Made by a program: the position numbers and the translations under genes. The notes beneath the pieces are model-generated. The model saw nothing but the letters and a program-made list of their open reading frames with translations, had not been told where the DNA came from and did not search any database. From positions 8,817-72,816 of the forward strand of contig JAHLMN010000006.1 of NCBI GenBank assembly GCA_018920345.1: a stretch of 64,000 bases of DNA. Reading direction: 5' to 3'. This DNA comes from Candidatus Aenigmatarchaeota archaeon (lineage in GTDB: Archaea > Aenigmatarchaeota > Aenigmatarchaeia > CG10238-14). How positions within the stretch are numbered: the first letter of the stretch is position 1; each line of letters starts with the position of its first letter. Positions 19,804-28,828 of the stretch are shown piece after piece.

Positions 19804-20199
19804 TTATTTGTTTTCACTATAATAAAATCTCAAAAACAAATAAAACCTTTGAACTATAAAACCAATAGCAATACCTATTATTGCTCCTGCAATAACATCT
19901 GCGGGTGTATGTACAAAAGTAACAACTCTTAAAGAACCTATAACTATTGATGTGACTGCAAATAATGAAGACAATATCTTGTTTTTTGTTTCTAACATAA
20001 AAGCAGTTGTCAAGGCAAAAGCTATTAATGTGTGTCTACTAGGAAATGAATAGTCTTGTGGACAACCCACTAATCCTACACAAGGTCTGGGTGCTTTAAC
20101 CATATTTTTTAGTATTTCTCCTATATAATAACTAACAAAGAATGTTAACAAAAGAGTTATAAAAAGTTGAACATACATTCTCTTCCATTTTCTATTCAT
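19804..20199 (-). CDS. PAP2-family phosphatase
   Basis: K..VKAPRP, SFPSRH, RVVTFVHTPADV. Confidence 0.85.
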   Translation of the reverse strand: MNRKWKRMYVQLFITLLLTFFVSYYIGEILKNMVKAPRPCVGLVGCPQDYSFPSRHTLIAFALTTAFMLETKNKILSSLFAVTSIVIGSLRVVTFVHTPADVIAGAIIGIAIGFIVQRFYLFLRFYYSENK

Positions 20200-20609
20200 A
20201 CTATCAATCTAATTATTAATTTAGTATTAGGATTTTTTAATTCTTTTATCAGTTCTCTTTTTAATTCAAAAGCAGCTTTATTGGCCTTTACAGCTATTGT
20301 TCTTTCATCTATGAAATCTGATTTTCTTATAACAAAACTAACAGTACTTTCCAATAAAAGATTTTTATCTCCAAAAGCAATTAATTCATCTTTTATACCA
20401 TTTGCTTCAAAAACAAATTTTATTTTTTTACCTTCTTTTAGAATTCTTTTTGTTTTTTCATTTAGATCAAAACATGATTTGCTAGCATTTACTGCTATTA
20501 TACAATCACCTTTTTTTGTTAAAAAAACTTCTTTTGTAATTTCTATGGTACTTTTATGTTTAGCTAAAACTAAAGGATGACCATATGCTATAATTTCTTC
20601 TAATATCAT
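20196..20609 (-). CDS. DUF371 family protein
   Basis: GHPLVLAKHKSTIEITKE, GDCII, VIRKSDF, ANKAA. Confidence 0.9.
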   Translation of the reverse strand: MILEEIIAYGHPLVLAKHKSTIEITKEVFLTKKGDCIIAVNASKSCFDLNEKTKRILKEGKKIKFVFEANGIKDELIAFGDKNLLLESTVSFVIRKSDFIDERTIAVKANKAAFELKRELIKELKNPNTKLIIRLIV

Positions 20610-20644
20610 TAAAAAAAGAATTTCATTTATTACTATTTATTTTA

Positions 20645-21619
20645 TTAACAAGAACCAGCAACTTGGGCTGTATTTCCTGTTTCTAGAGTTTGATTGCATT
20701 CAGCTGGAACTGTTTTGAAACCAGAGCAAATAGCCTGCTTGTAAGCCTCTGGTGTTCTTGCACCATTGTAAACTTTGCCATTTATTATTAGAGTAGGCGA
20801 TCCCCTTACACCATTTTGGTTTGTTAATGCCTCATGTTGCTTTAATATATCCAAAGCTTCTTTACTTTTAGAGCAATCATCTATTTTCTTGTCATCTATA
20901 TTGAATTTCTTAGCTGCATTTCTCCAACATGTATCCAAAGCTTTTTCATCTCTATAAACACTATAACAGTTTGCGTTTATCTCCATAACATAATTCCAAT
21001 AAGTTGTTTGATCATAATTTTTGGCTATACATATTTGCCTTAAATCTTCCATTGCTTCATTTGGTCCATGTAAAGAATCAACTGATTTATAATCTTCACC
21101 ATTTACATTTGCTATAAATAATATTCTAAAGTTGGCCTTGTTCTTTAATAAATCAAATACAGGTTTCATTGCGTTTTCAGCTTGAACACCATATGGACAG
21201 AAAGACATTACATATAAATCAACTTGTGGTTTTTCTGCATCAGGTGCATCGAATGTAGTCGAACCAGTATCCTCTTCCTTAGGTAAAGGTGTAGACATAT
21301 CCAATGGTTGAGATAAAAATAAAAGTTTACCATCTTTACTTACATAAACAGGAATATTTTGACCTTGATAAGATGTAGTAACTTTAAACAAACCACCTTC
21401 TTTCTCGACAGAAACTAGAGTTGCTTTTGTTTGCCCTTGAATTAAATTATCATTTATATAATTGACTGTTTTTTCACCTATACTTTGTGGATTAGAAGGA
21501 GAAAAATAAAGATAGGCTAAAACAATAACAACTACTGATAATAAAACTGTAGAAAACATCCAATAATTTGGCTTTTTTTCATGCCTTTTTTCTTCAATAT
21601 GTTCTTTTTTCTTTGCCAT
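20645..21619 (-). CDS. membrane-anchored thioredoxin/DsbA-fold protein with single active-site Cys
   Basis: TM helix, YVMSFCPYG, SLHGPNE, GSPTLIING. Confidence 0.8.
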   Translation of the reverse strand: MAKKKEHIEEKRHEKKPNYWMFSTVLLSVVVIVLAYLYFSPSNPQSIGEKTVNYINDNLIQGQTKATLVSVEKEGGLFKVTTSYQGQNIPVYVSKDGKLLFLSQPLDMSTPLPKEEDTGSTTFDAPDAEKPQVDLYVMSFCPYGVQAENAMKPVFDLLKNKANFRILFIANVNGEDYKSVDSLHGPNEAMEDLRQICIAKNYDQTTYWNYVMEINANCYSVYRDEKALDTCWRNAAKKFNIDDKKIDDCSKSKEALDILKQHEALTNQNGVRGSPTLIINGKVYNGARTPEAYKQAICSGFKTVPAECNQTLETGNTAQVAGSC

Positions 21620-21703
21620 TAGACATATGTATAAAAAGCAAATATTAAAAACTTATGTCTAGTTATTATTTTAGCTAAACAATTTAAATTTTAACAAGAA
21701 AAA

Positions 21704-22234
21704 GTGTTTATGATTGTAGAAACTGTCAATTATGTACTTTCACAATTTACTTTAATAGGATTGATTTTCATAATATTGTCTATTTTTTATGAAGTTTTAA
21801 GGAAAAAAATAAAGATAAAATCTGCTGAGAAATTAAGAAATTTTTTAAAAAAAGAATCTTTGTTGATCATTTTAATAATATCTTCTATAGCAACTTTAGG
21901 TAGTTTATTTTTTTCAGAAATAGCTCTTTATGAACCCTGTAAGCTTTGTTGGTTTCAAAGAATATTCATGTATCCAATACCAATAATATCTCTTATAGGA
22001 TTATTAAAGAAACAAAAACCATTTATCTATATATTAACTTTATCTTTGATCGGTTTTTCTATATCTTTGTACCATAACATCACAAGATTTTCTCAATTAA
22101 ATAGTGGATTATTTTGCCAGATTGGAAGTAACTGCTCTATAACCTATTTTACATATTTCAATTTTATAACAATACCAATCATGTCTTTAACAGCATTTTC
22201 TTTGATAATATTATTTTCATATAAAAATAATTAA
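21704..22234 (+). CDS. dsbB: disulfide bond formation protein B (DsbB/BdbC-like)
   Basis: SLFFSE, PCKLCWFQRIFMYP, second Cys pair, TIPIMSL. Confidence 0.9.
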   Translation: MFMIVETVNYVLSQFTLIGLIFIILSIFYEVLRKKIKIKSAEKLRNFLKKESLLIILIISSIATLGSLFFSEIALYEPCKLCWFQRIFMYPIPIISLIGLLKKQKPFIYILTLSLIGFSISLYHNITRFSQLNSGLFCQIGSNCSITYFTYFNFITIPIMSLTAFSLIILFSYKNN

Positions 22235-22259
22235 TAGAAGATTCTACAAAAACAATTTA

Positions 22260-23585
22260 ATGGATAGAGAAGAGTGGAAAACAACAGCTGGTTTTTTATT
22301 TGCTTCTATTGGTTCAGCTGTTGGGTTAGGAAGCATATGGAGATTTCCATATATTTTTAATCAATATGGAGGTAGCAGCTTTTTATTAGCATATATCATC
22401 GCTGTTTTAATAATAGGACTCCCATTAATGTTTTTGGAATTTGCTATTGGAAGAAAATTCAAAGGATCAGTAATAACAGTCTTTTCTAGCTTAAATAAAA
22501 AGTTTAAAAGCCTAGGATTTTTACCCGTAATAGTAAACTTCTTTACATTGTCTTATTATATTGTCATTGTTGGATGGGTTTTTGGATATTTTATAGAATC
22601 GTTTTTGATCACTAAAATAGACTTTAACTATTATAGCAATTCTTTCATGCCAACACTAGCTACTTTTTTATCGCTCTTGATATCTTCAGCCATAGTTTAT
22701 TTTGGAATAGAAAAAGGAATTGAAAAATTTTCAAAAATATTCATGCCTTTATTTTTTGTTATATTATTAGCGATGCTTGCTTTCATTTTGACATTTCCTA
22801 AAGGAATAGAAGGTATACTTTATTATTTTAAAATAGATTTTTCAAGGCAAATAGATCCTAAAATTTTGTTATTCGCCGCGAGCCAAGCTTTGTATTCTTT
22901 ATCTTTGGGTACTGGAATAATGATAACTTATGGAAGTTATTTGAGTAAAAAAGAGAATATACCAAAATCATCAATTATAATTGCATTATCAGTTGTTATG
23001 ACGGCTTTGATAAACTCAATGATATTGTTTGGCTTTATTTATTCTAATGAAAAAGAAGTAATTTCAGGTTCAAAATTAGCTTTTGAAGTTATGCCTGAAA
23101 TATTTTCAAAAATAAAGTTTGGTCAGGTAATACAACCTTTATTCTTTTTATTACTTTTCATTGCTGGATTAACATCTACAATATCCATGAAAGAGGTAGT
23201 TGTAGCATCTCTAATAGATGAATTAAAATGGAGTAGAAAAAAATCATCTTTTGTTTTATTTTTTGTTTTATTAGCAATATCAATGATTATTTCTTTAAAC
23301 TATAGTGGATTTATTTTACCTGAAATAAGTTTGCTTGAAAAGTTTGACTTCATATTTGGTAGTTTGCTATTAATTTTATCATCAATAATTATTTCGGCTA
23401 TTTTTTCGTGGAGCTGGAACACAAGAAGTTTGCTTGAAGAAGTTGATATAAAGCTTGAAAATATTAGTAGAAAGCTAGATAAATTTGTAGAAAAGGACGT
23501 TTTTCTATTGATTTTAAGGTTTGTTGCGCCAATTTGTTTGATGATATTGTTATTGTTAGAATTAAAAACAGTCTTTTTCTTATAG
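22260..23585 (+). CDS. sodium-dependent transporter, SNF/NSS family
   Basis: GSAVGLGSIWRFPY, SLSLGTGIMITYGSY. Confidence 0.93.
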   Translation: MDREEWKTTAGFLFASIGSAVGLGSIWRFPYIFNQYGGSSFLLAYIIAVLIIGLPLMFLEFAIGRKFKGSVITVFSSLNKKFKSLGFLPVIVNFFTLSYYIVIVGWVFGYFIESFLITKIDFNYYSNSFMPTLATFLSLLISSAIVYFGIEKGIEKFSKIFMPLFFVILLAMLAFILTFPKGIEGILYYFKIDFSRQIDPKILLFAASQALYSLSLGTGIMITYGSYLSKKENIPKSSIIIALSVVMTALINSMILFGFIYSNEKEVISGSKLAFEVMPEIFSKIKFGQVIQPLFFLLLFIAGLTSTISMKEVVVASLIDELKWSRKKSSFVLFFVLLAISMIISLNYSGFILPEISLLEKFDFIFGSLLLILSSIIISAIFSWSWNTRSLLEEVDIKLENISRKLDKFVEKDVFLLILRFVAPICLMILLLLELKTVFFL

Positions 23586-23586
23586 A

Positions 23587-23734
23587 CGCCAAGGCAGGGA
23601 TTTGAACCCTGAAGGGCAAAGCCCGCCGGATTTCCTTCGGTTCACCTCCTTGACATCACGAATCAGGGTCAAGCCATCTTCCACATCGGAACTCGACTCA
23701 AGTCCGGTGCATTACCTGGTTCTGCCACCTTGGC
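23587..23734 (-). tRNA. tRNA-Ser(TGA) with 65-nt intron at 37/38 (23632-23696)
   Basis: GCCAAGG/CCTTGGC acceptor, G discriminator, long variable arm GGGCTTTGCCC, anticodon stem CCGGA/TCCGG. Confidence 0.9.
23632..23696 (-). ncRNA. candidate intron-encoded box C/D guide RNA
   Basis: C CCGATGT, guide, D' CTGA, TTC, C' GTGATGT, 12-nt guide, D CCGA in canonical order. Confidence 0.6.
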
Positions 23735-23790
23735 ACAACTATTATATAAATAATAAAATCCTTTAAATTTCTTTTCTCGAATTAAAAATC

Positions 23791-24813
23791 ATGCCTAAAT
23801 TCACAGAAGAGAGACTGAAAAAATATAAAAAAGCCGGATATCGAATAGTTGGCAAAAATTTACACACAGGAGTAGAAATTTGTAGATGGACAAAGTCTGT
23901 TTTAAGAAACAAAAGAAACTGTTATAAAGCTGTTTATGGAATTAGATCCCATCGTTGCATTCAAATGACACCAACTCTTGATTTTTGTCCATTTTCATGT
24001 AAATTTTGTTGGCGAAGTTTTGGACCTGAGAGATTTAAAACAGAAAGCAAATGGGATTCACCAAAGGAGATTGTAGATCAAATAATAGAAGCCCAAATAA
24101 AACTATTATCAGGTTTCGGGGGCAATCCAGCTACACCAAAACATTTATGGGACGAAGCAAAAAAACCTGCCCATGTGGCTATAAGTTTAGATGGTGAGCC
24201 AACTCTTTATCCTTATTTAGCTGAATTGATAAAAGAGATAAAATCTAGAGGTATGACAGCCTTTTTAGTTACCAATGGAACAATGCCTCATCGACTGAAA
24301 GAGTTAATAGAAAAAGATGCAGAGCCAACAAATCTTTACATAAGCGTCTATGCAACAAATAAAGAAGATTACAAATTTGTCACAAACTCATTCATTCCAG
24401 ATGAATGGGAAAGAGTGAATGAAAGCTTGAAATTATTGAAAGAATTCAAACAAGCAAGAACTGTTTTTAGAATGACAATGGTAAAAGATCTTAATATGAA
24501 AGATCCTGAAGGTTATGCCAATTTAATAAATATGGCTAAACCTCATTTTGTAGAGCTAAAAGGATATTCTCATTTAGGTGAATCAAAATTTAGATTAAAA
24601 AGAGAAAATATGCCTTCTTTGCAAGAATTAGAGGATTTTGCTTCAGAAATATCAAAAAATACAGGATATATGGTGAAAGCAGTTGATAAAGTAAGCAGAG
24701 TTATTATAATGGCAAGAGACGAAGATGTATGGCAATGGAGTTTGAAAAAAATAGAAGAGCAAAACAAAGAAATTAAAGAAAAAATAGACAAGAAAGGAGT
24801 CATAAGATTTTAG
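23791..24813 (+). CDS. taw1: 4-demethylwyosine synthase Taw1/TYW1 (radical SAM)
   Basis: ICRWT, CYK..YGIRSHRCIQMTP, CPFSCKFCWR, AISLDGEPTLYP. Confidence 0.93.
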   Translation: MPKFTEERLKKYKKAGYRIVGKNLHTGVEICRWTKSVLRNKRNCYKAVYGIRSHRCIQMTPTLDFCPFSCKFCWRSFGPERFKTESKWDSPKEIVDQIIEAQIKLLSGFGGNPATPKHLWDEAKKPAHVAISLDGEPTLYPYLAELIKEIKSRGMTAFLVTNGTMPHRLKELIEKDAEPTNLYISVYATNKEDYKFVTNSFIPDEWERVNESLKLLKEFKQARTVFRMTMVKDLNMKDPEGYANLINMAKPHFVELKGYSHLGESKFRLKRENMPSLQELEDFASEISKNTGYMVKAVDKVSRVIIMARDEDVWQWSLKKIEEQNKEIKEKIDKKGVIRF

Positions 24814-25020
24814 TCAAAATTTTATTTTATGTTTATACTCAGCTTTCTCAGCTTTCTCAAGCGGCCAAGCATCTTCTATTAACATATCAGGTATTTTTCC
24901 ATCCAAAACAGGATAAGCTTTTTTACATTCCATGCATACAATAAACATACCCTTTTCGCTTACATCCCCTTTGCATAAAGGACAAGCCAATATCTCTAGC
25001 AACTCTTTTTTAACAGGCAT
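24814..25020 (-). CDS. Trm112-like methyltransferase activator
   Basis: LLEILACPLCKG..CMEC..YPVLDGKIPDML. Confidence 0.88.
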   Translation of the reverse strand: MPVKKELLEILACPLCKGDVSEKGMFIVCMECKKAYPVLDGKIPDMLIEDAWPLEKAEKAEYKHKIKF

Positions 25021-25080
25021 AAAAATTATTTTATTCTAAAATATTTAATTGTTTTATAGTTTTCATGCTATTAATTTGCT

Positions 25081-25968
25081 ATGAATATAGCTATTATTGG
25101 CAGTAAAGGATTAGCAAAGGAATTAGGAAAATCAGGCACAAAATCTGATTTAGCTTTATATAATACTTCTTTTCAGGGAAAATACTTTACTTTTATAGAG
25201 CCACAAACATATCCAGAAAAGATCCAAACTCTTTTTCAAACTTTAAATATGTCTCAATTTGCTATTCTCTATATAACAAAAGATATTGAAAAGATTGCTT
25301 TAGGAGAAAGTATAATAGCTTTAGATATTTTAGAAAAACAAGGAATAATTTTTTTGGATGGTGTGGATGAAGCAGAAATATTAAATTTAATAAAAGAAAC
25401 AAATCTGAAAAATTATCGAATAATTAAAGATGTGAGAGAAGTAATGCAATTCTTAGCAAATCTAAATATAGAAACAATAAAAGAAAAACCAAAAGTTTTA
25501 ATAGACCATTCATTTATCGTTAAAAGTGTTGGTTTAGTTGCTCTAGGTACTGTTATTTCAGGTGAAATAAAAAAATACGATAAATTGTATGTTTACCCAT
25601 CAAAAAAAGAAGTTTTGATAAAATCAATACAAATACACGACAAAGATTTTGATAAAGCTGAATGCTTTGATAGAGTTGGGTTAGCATTAAAAGGAGTTGA
25701 ATTAGAGGATGTCGAAAGAGGAAATATAATTGGTGAAAACTTAATTTCAACAAAAAAATTAGATGGAGTTTCTATAACAAAAAACAAATTCTATAAAGAT
25801 GAAATTCCTTCAAACGTCATGTGTATTGTAGGTTTGCAATATGTGAATGCAAAAATAAATGAAAATTCTATAGATTTCTCTAAAGAAATAGTATTTGATA
25901 ATGAAAAAGTAATAATTTTAACTCCTGATAAGAAGATGAGAATATTAGGATATGCTGTTAAAAATTAA
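25081..25968 (+). CDS. archaeal SelB-like/EF-Tu domain II protein with degenerate G domain
   Basis: LGKSGTKSD, YPEKIQTL, IDHSFIVKSVGLVALG, IKSIQIHD; no intact P-loop. Confidence 0.8.
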   Translation: MNIAIIGSKGLAKELGKSGTKSDLALYNTSFQGKYFTFIEPQTYPEKIQTLFQTLNMSQFAILYITKDIEKIALGESIIALDILEKQGIIFLDGVDEAEILNLIKETNLKNYRIIKDVREVMQFLANLNIETIKEKPKVLIDHSFIVKSVGLVALGTVISGEIKKYDKLYVYPSKKEVLIKSIQIHDKDFDKAECFDRVGLALKGVELEDVERGNIIGENLISTKKLDGVSITKNKFYKDEIPSNVMCIVGLQYVNAKINENSIDFSKEIVFDNEKVIILTPDKKMRILGYAVKN

Positions 25969-25993
25969 ATTATTTTAAAACAAATAGTATTTT

Positions 25994-26185
25994 ATGTGTC
26001 AACAAATAGTAGGTAAAGTAATATCTGTTGATAAAGACAAAGCAAAAGTTGAGATAAAAGGTAAAATTTATGATATGTTTAATCCTTTTGCAAAAATAGA
26101 AAAAGGCGATATGGTTATTTGCGCTGCAAATTATATTATAGAAAAAGCAGACGAAACGGTGTGTTTTATTGCAGATAAAAAATAG
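25994..26185 (+). CDS. HypC/HupF-like small OB-fold protein
   Basis: MCQQIVGKV..GDMVIC..IIEK resembles the HypC pattern. Confidence 0.65.
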   Translation: MCQQIVGKVISVDKDKAKVEIKGKIYDMFNPFAKIEKGDMVICAANYIIEKADETVCFIADKK

Positions 26186-26678
26186 AAAATTATTTTTTTG
26201 CTATGCTTTGCCTTGTGCACAAACATTTGTTAAAAGAGGAAAAATTAGTCAAGAAGATTTAGACAGAATAATAAAAAACTTTTCAAGAGGTAAAATGCCA
26301 AAAAAAGGGTTTGAAAGTATTTTTCTAGTAGCAAATAATATGTTAAAAATAATTGCTATGAAAATGGGTAAAGATAAAATAGACATGAAAGTTATAAGAC
26401 AATATTATTTAGTTGATCATGATAAAGTTGTTGATAAAAGATATGAAGAAGTTGGAGATTTTGATCCTATTGCATGCAAAATTAGAGTAGGCGAAGTTTT
26501 ATCTATAAAAGATAATAAGGCCATAATAAAAACAGAGTTTGGAATAAAAGAGTATAAGACAGATTTTGTAAAAAAATTAAGAGTAGGAGATAGAGTAATA
26601 GTTCATTATGATTTTATTGTGGAAAAATTTACAAAAAAAATTGAAAAAGATTTAAAAGAAATGAAACCTATATTGTGA
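26169..26678 (+). CDS. protein with C-terminal HypC-like domain
   Basis: LFFCYALPC N-terminus; C..RVGEV..VGDRVIVHYDFIVEK C-terminus. Confidence 0.65.
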   Translation: MQIKNRKLFFCYALPCAQTFVKRGKISQEDLDRIIKNFSRGKMPKKGFESIFLVANNMLKIIAMKMGKDKIDMKVIRQYYLVDHDKVVDKRYEEVGDFDPIACKIRVGEVLSIKDNKAIIKTEFGIKEYKTDFVKKLRVGDRVIVHYDFIVEKFTKKIEKDLKEMKPIL

Positions 26679-26682
26679 TTTA

Positions 26683-27588
26683 ATGAAAAAAGAGCAGCTA
26701 GGAACTTTATTCGCTTTAATTACTGCAATAATAAGTGGTATAGCAATTCCTGCAAATAAATTATTTGTTGTTAAAATTGATCCACTTGTTTTTACATCAA
26801 TAAGATCAATAATAATTGGAGCAATATTTCTTCTGATTTCTTTAACAAGAAATGAATTTAACAAGAGAAAAAATAAGATTGATTGGAAAAATCTTTTGGC
26901 AATAGCAATAATAGGTGGTGCATTTGCATTTTATCTTTATTTTTCTGGTTTAAAGCTAACAACTTCAGGAAGAGCAGCTTTTTTACATAAAACACTACCT
27001 TTATATGTATGTGTTTTGGCTTTCATATTTCTTAAAGAAAAAATTGATAAAAAATTACTTTTAGCAATTACACTTATGTTTTTTGGCACAGTAATTCTTT
27101 ATTTGGGACAAATAAAACCTGCAGAAATGTGGCAAAATCCTTCTTTAGGCGATCTATTAGTTATTATAGCAACATTTCTTTGGGGAATAGAAAACATAAT
27201 AGCAAGAAAAGTAATGAGAGAAGGTGAAAGCAACTTTATAGTATCATTTTCAAGAATGTTTTTCGGAGGTCTAATATTGTTCGGTCTTTTAATTATTTCA
27301 AATAAATTAAATCAAATTTCTTCATTAACAACAGATCAAATAAGAAACATTCTTATATCAACCACAATACTATTTGGATATGTATTCTTTTGGTATAAAA
27401 GTGTTAAACTAATTAATGTTTCTAAAGCAAGCACATTTTTGCTAATATCTCCAGTTATATCTCTGATAATTGGCATATTAGCATTCAACGAACCATATAA
27501 TTCTTTGCAATTAATTGGTTCTGCTTTGATACTTTTAGGATCTTATTTTGCTGTTAAAACAAAAAGTGAATTAATGTATAGAACGTGA
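26683..27588 (+). CDS. DMT/EamA family transporter
   Basis: About 10 TM with two-repeat EamA pattern, FLKEK and FNEP motifs. Confidence 0.9.
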   Translation: MKKEQLGTLFALITAIISGIAIPANKLFVVKIDPLVFTSIRSIIIGAIFLLISLTRNEFNKRKNKIDWKNLLAIAIIGGAFAFYLYFSGLKLTTSGRAAFLHKTLPLYVCVLAFIFLKEKIDKKLLLAITLMFFGTVILYLGQIKPAEMWQNPSLGDLLVIIATFLWGIENIIARKVMREGESNFIVSFSRMFFGGLILFGLLIISNKLNQISSLTTDQIRNILISTTILFGYVFFWYKSVKLINVSKASTFLLISPVISLIIGILAFNEPYNSLQLIGSALILLGSYFAVKTKSELMYRT

Positions 27589-28175
27589 TTTTTATGAAAA
27601 AGAAAATAATTTATTTAATATTCATTTTGCTGTTCTTAGGTTTAATAACATCTTATTTTTATTTTAATGAAAAAAATAATTCTTGTGGAAAAATAAGATG
27701 TCTAAGATATGATCCAGTTTGTGGAGAAGACGGAAAGACATACGCTTGTGGTGAAGCTGATGCAATATCTTGCGGCACCAAAGTTGCATACAAAGGTGTT
27801 TGTCAAAATGAAATAGTTTGCACTATGCAATATGATCCTGTTTGCGGCATAGACGGAAAGACATATTCTAATTCATGTTTTGCTATGTCAGCGGGAGTTC
27901 AAATTGCATATGAAGGTGAATGTAAAACAGAAACAAAATTTTATACAATTGATGAAATATCAAAACATAATTCAGAAAAAAGCTGTTGGACTATTATTAG
28001 AGATAAAGTTTACGATTTAACTTCATTTATTAATGAACATCCAGGTGGCCCTCAAAATATTATATCTTTATGTGGTAAAGATGGAACAAAAAGTTTTGAA
28101 AATAAACATGGTGGTCAGTTAAAACAAGAACAAAAATTAAATGAATTTGAAATAGGTTTAATTAAAAATATTTAA
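27585..28175 (+). CDS. membrane-anchored Kazal-Kazal-cytochrome b5 fusion protein
   Basis: TM; two YDPVCG.DGKTY repeats; HNSEKSCW..VYDLT.F..HPGG..GKDGT..F..H. Confidence 0.88.
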   Translation: MIFMKKKIIYLIFILLFLGLITSYFYFNEKNNSCGKIRCLRYDPVCGEDGKTYACGEADAISCGTKVAYKGVCQNEIVCTMQYDPVCGIDGKTYSNSCFAMSAGVQIAYEGECKTETKFYTIDEISKHNSEKSCWTIIRDKVYDLTSFINEHPGGPQNIISLCGKDGTKSFENKHGGQLKQEQKLNEFEIGLIKNI

Positions 28176-28210
28176 ATTATATATACAAAATATATTTTCC
28201 TGGTGTTTCT

Positions 28211-28810
28211 ATGGAATTTGAACAAATTATGAAAGAAAGATATGCAACTAAATTATTTGATAAAAGAAAAATCCCAGAAGAGAAGATACAAAAATTAATT
28301 GATATTATTAGGCTAACACCTTCTTCCTACAATTTGCAACCATGGAAAATAAAAATAATCTCTGATGATGAAACAAAGAAGAAACTAATGCCAGCATCAT
28401 TTAATCAGAAACAAATAGAAACATGCTCTCATTTATTAGTTTTGTGTGCTGACATTGATATTTTAACTAGATTAGAAAAAATAACAAAAGTAATGAAGGA
28501 GAATGGAATTGAAGATTCTAAAATAAAAGCTTATTCTTCTATGATAAAAGAAGTTGTAAAATCTATGAAAAAGGAAGAAATATTAAATTGGACACAAAAA
28601 CAAGTATACATACTTTTAGCAAATACTTTGAATGCAGCTAAACATCTCGGCTTAGATTCATGCCCAATGGAAGGATTTGAACCAAAAGAATATAGTAAGA
28701 TATTGAATTTACCTAAAAATCTAATACCTACGGTTTTATGTCCAATAGGATATGCTGCAGATACACCAAGAAAAAAAATAAGACTAGAGAAAGAAGATAT
28801 TATATTTTAA
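28211..28810 (+). CDS. nitroreductase family NAD(P)H-flavin oxidoreductase
   Basis: RYATKLFD, TPSSYNLQPW, DSCPMEGF, IGY. Confidence 0.92.
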   Translation: MEFEQIMKERYATKLFDKRKIPEEKIQKLIDIIRLTPSSYNLQPWKIKIISDDETKKKLMPASFNQKQIETCSHLLVLCADIDILTRLEKITKVMKENGIEDSKIKAYSSMIKEVVKSMKKEEILNWTQKQVYILLANTLNAAKHLGLDSCPMEGFEPKEYSKILNLPKNLIPTVLCPIGYAADTPRKKIRLEKEDIIF

Positions 28811-28828
28811 GATGAACAAAATAATTAT

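Noticed and set aside
23641-23682. rRNA gene fragment on the plus strand
   Set aside because: Match is limited to two short segments inside a tRNA intron with no flanking rRNA sequence; treated as guide complementarity instead.
25081-25968. Selenocysteine insertion system
   Set aside because: G-domain motifs are degenerate; no tRNA-Sec or in-frame UGA selenoprotein was seen. The TGA-anticodon tRNA is Ser (reads UCA), not Sec.
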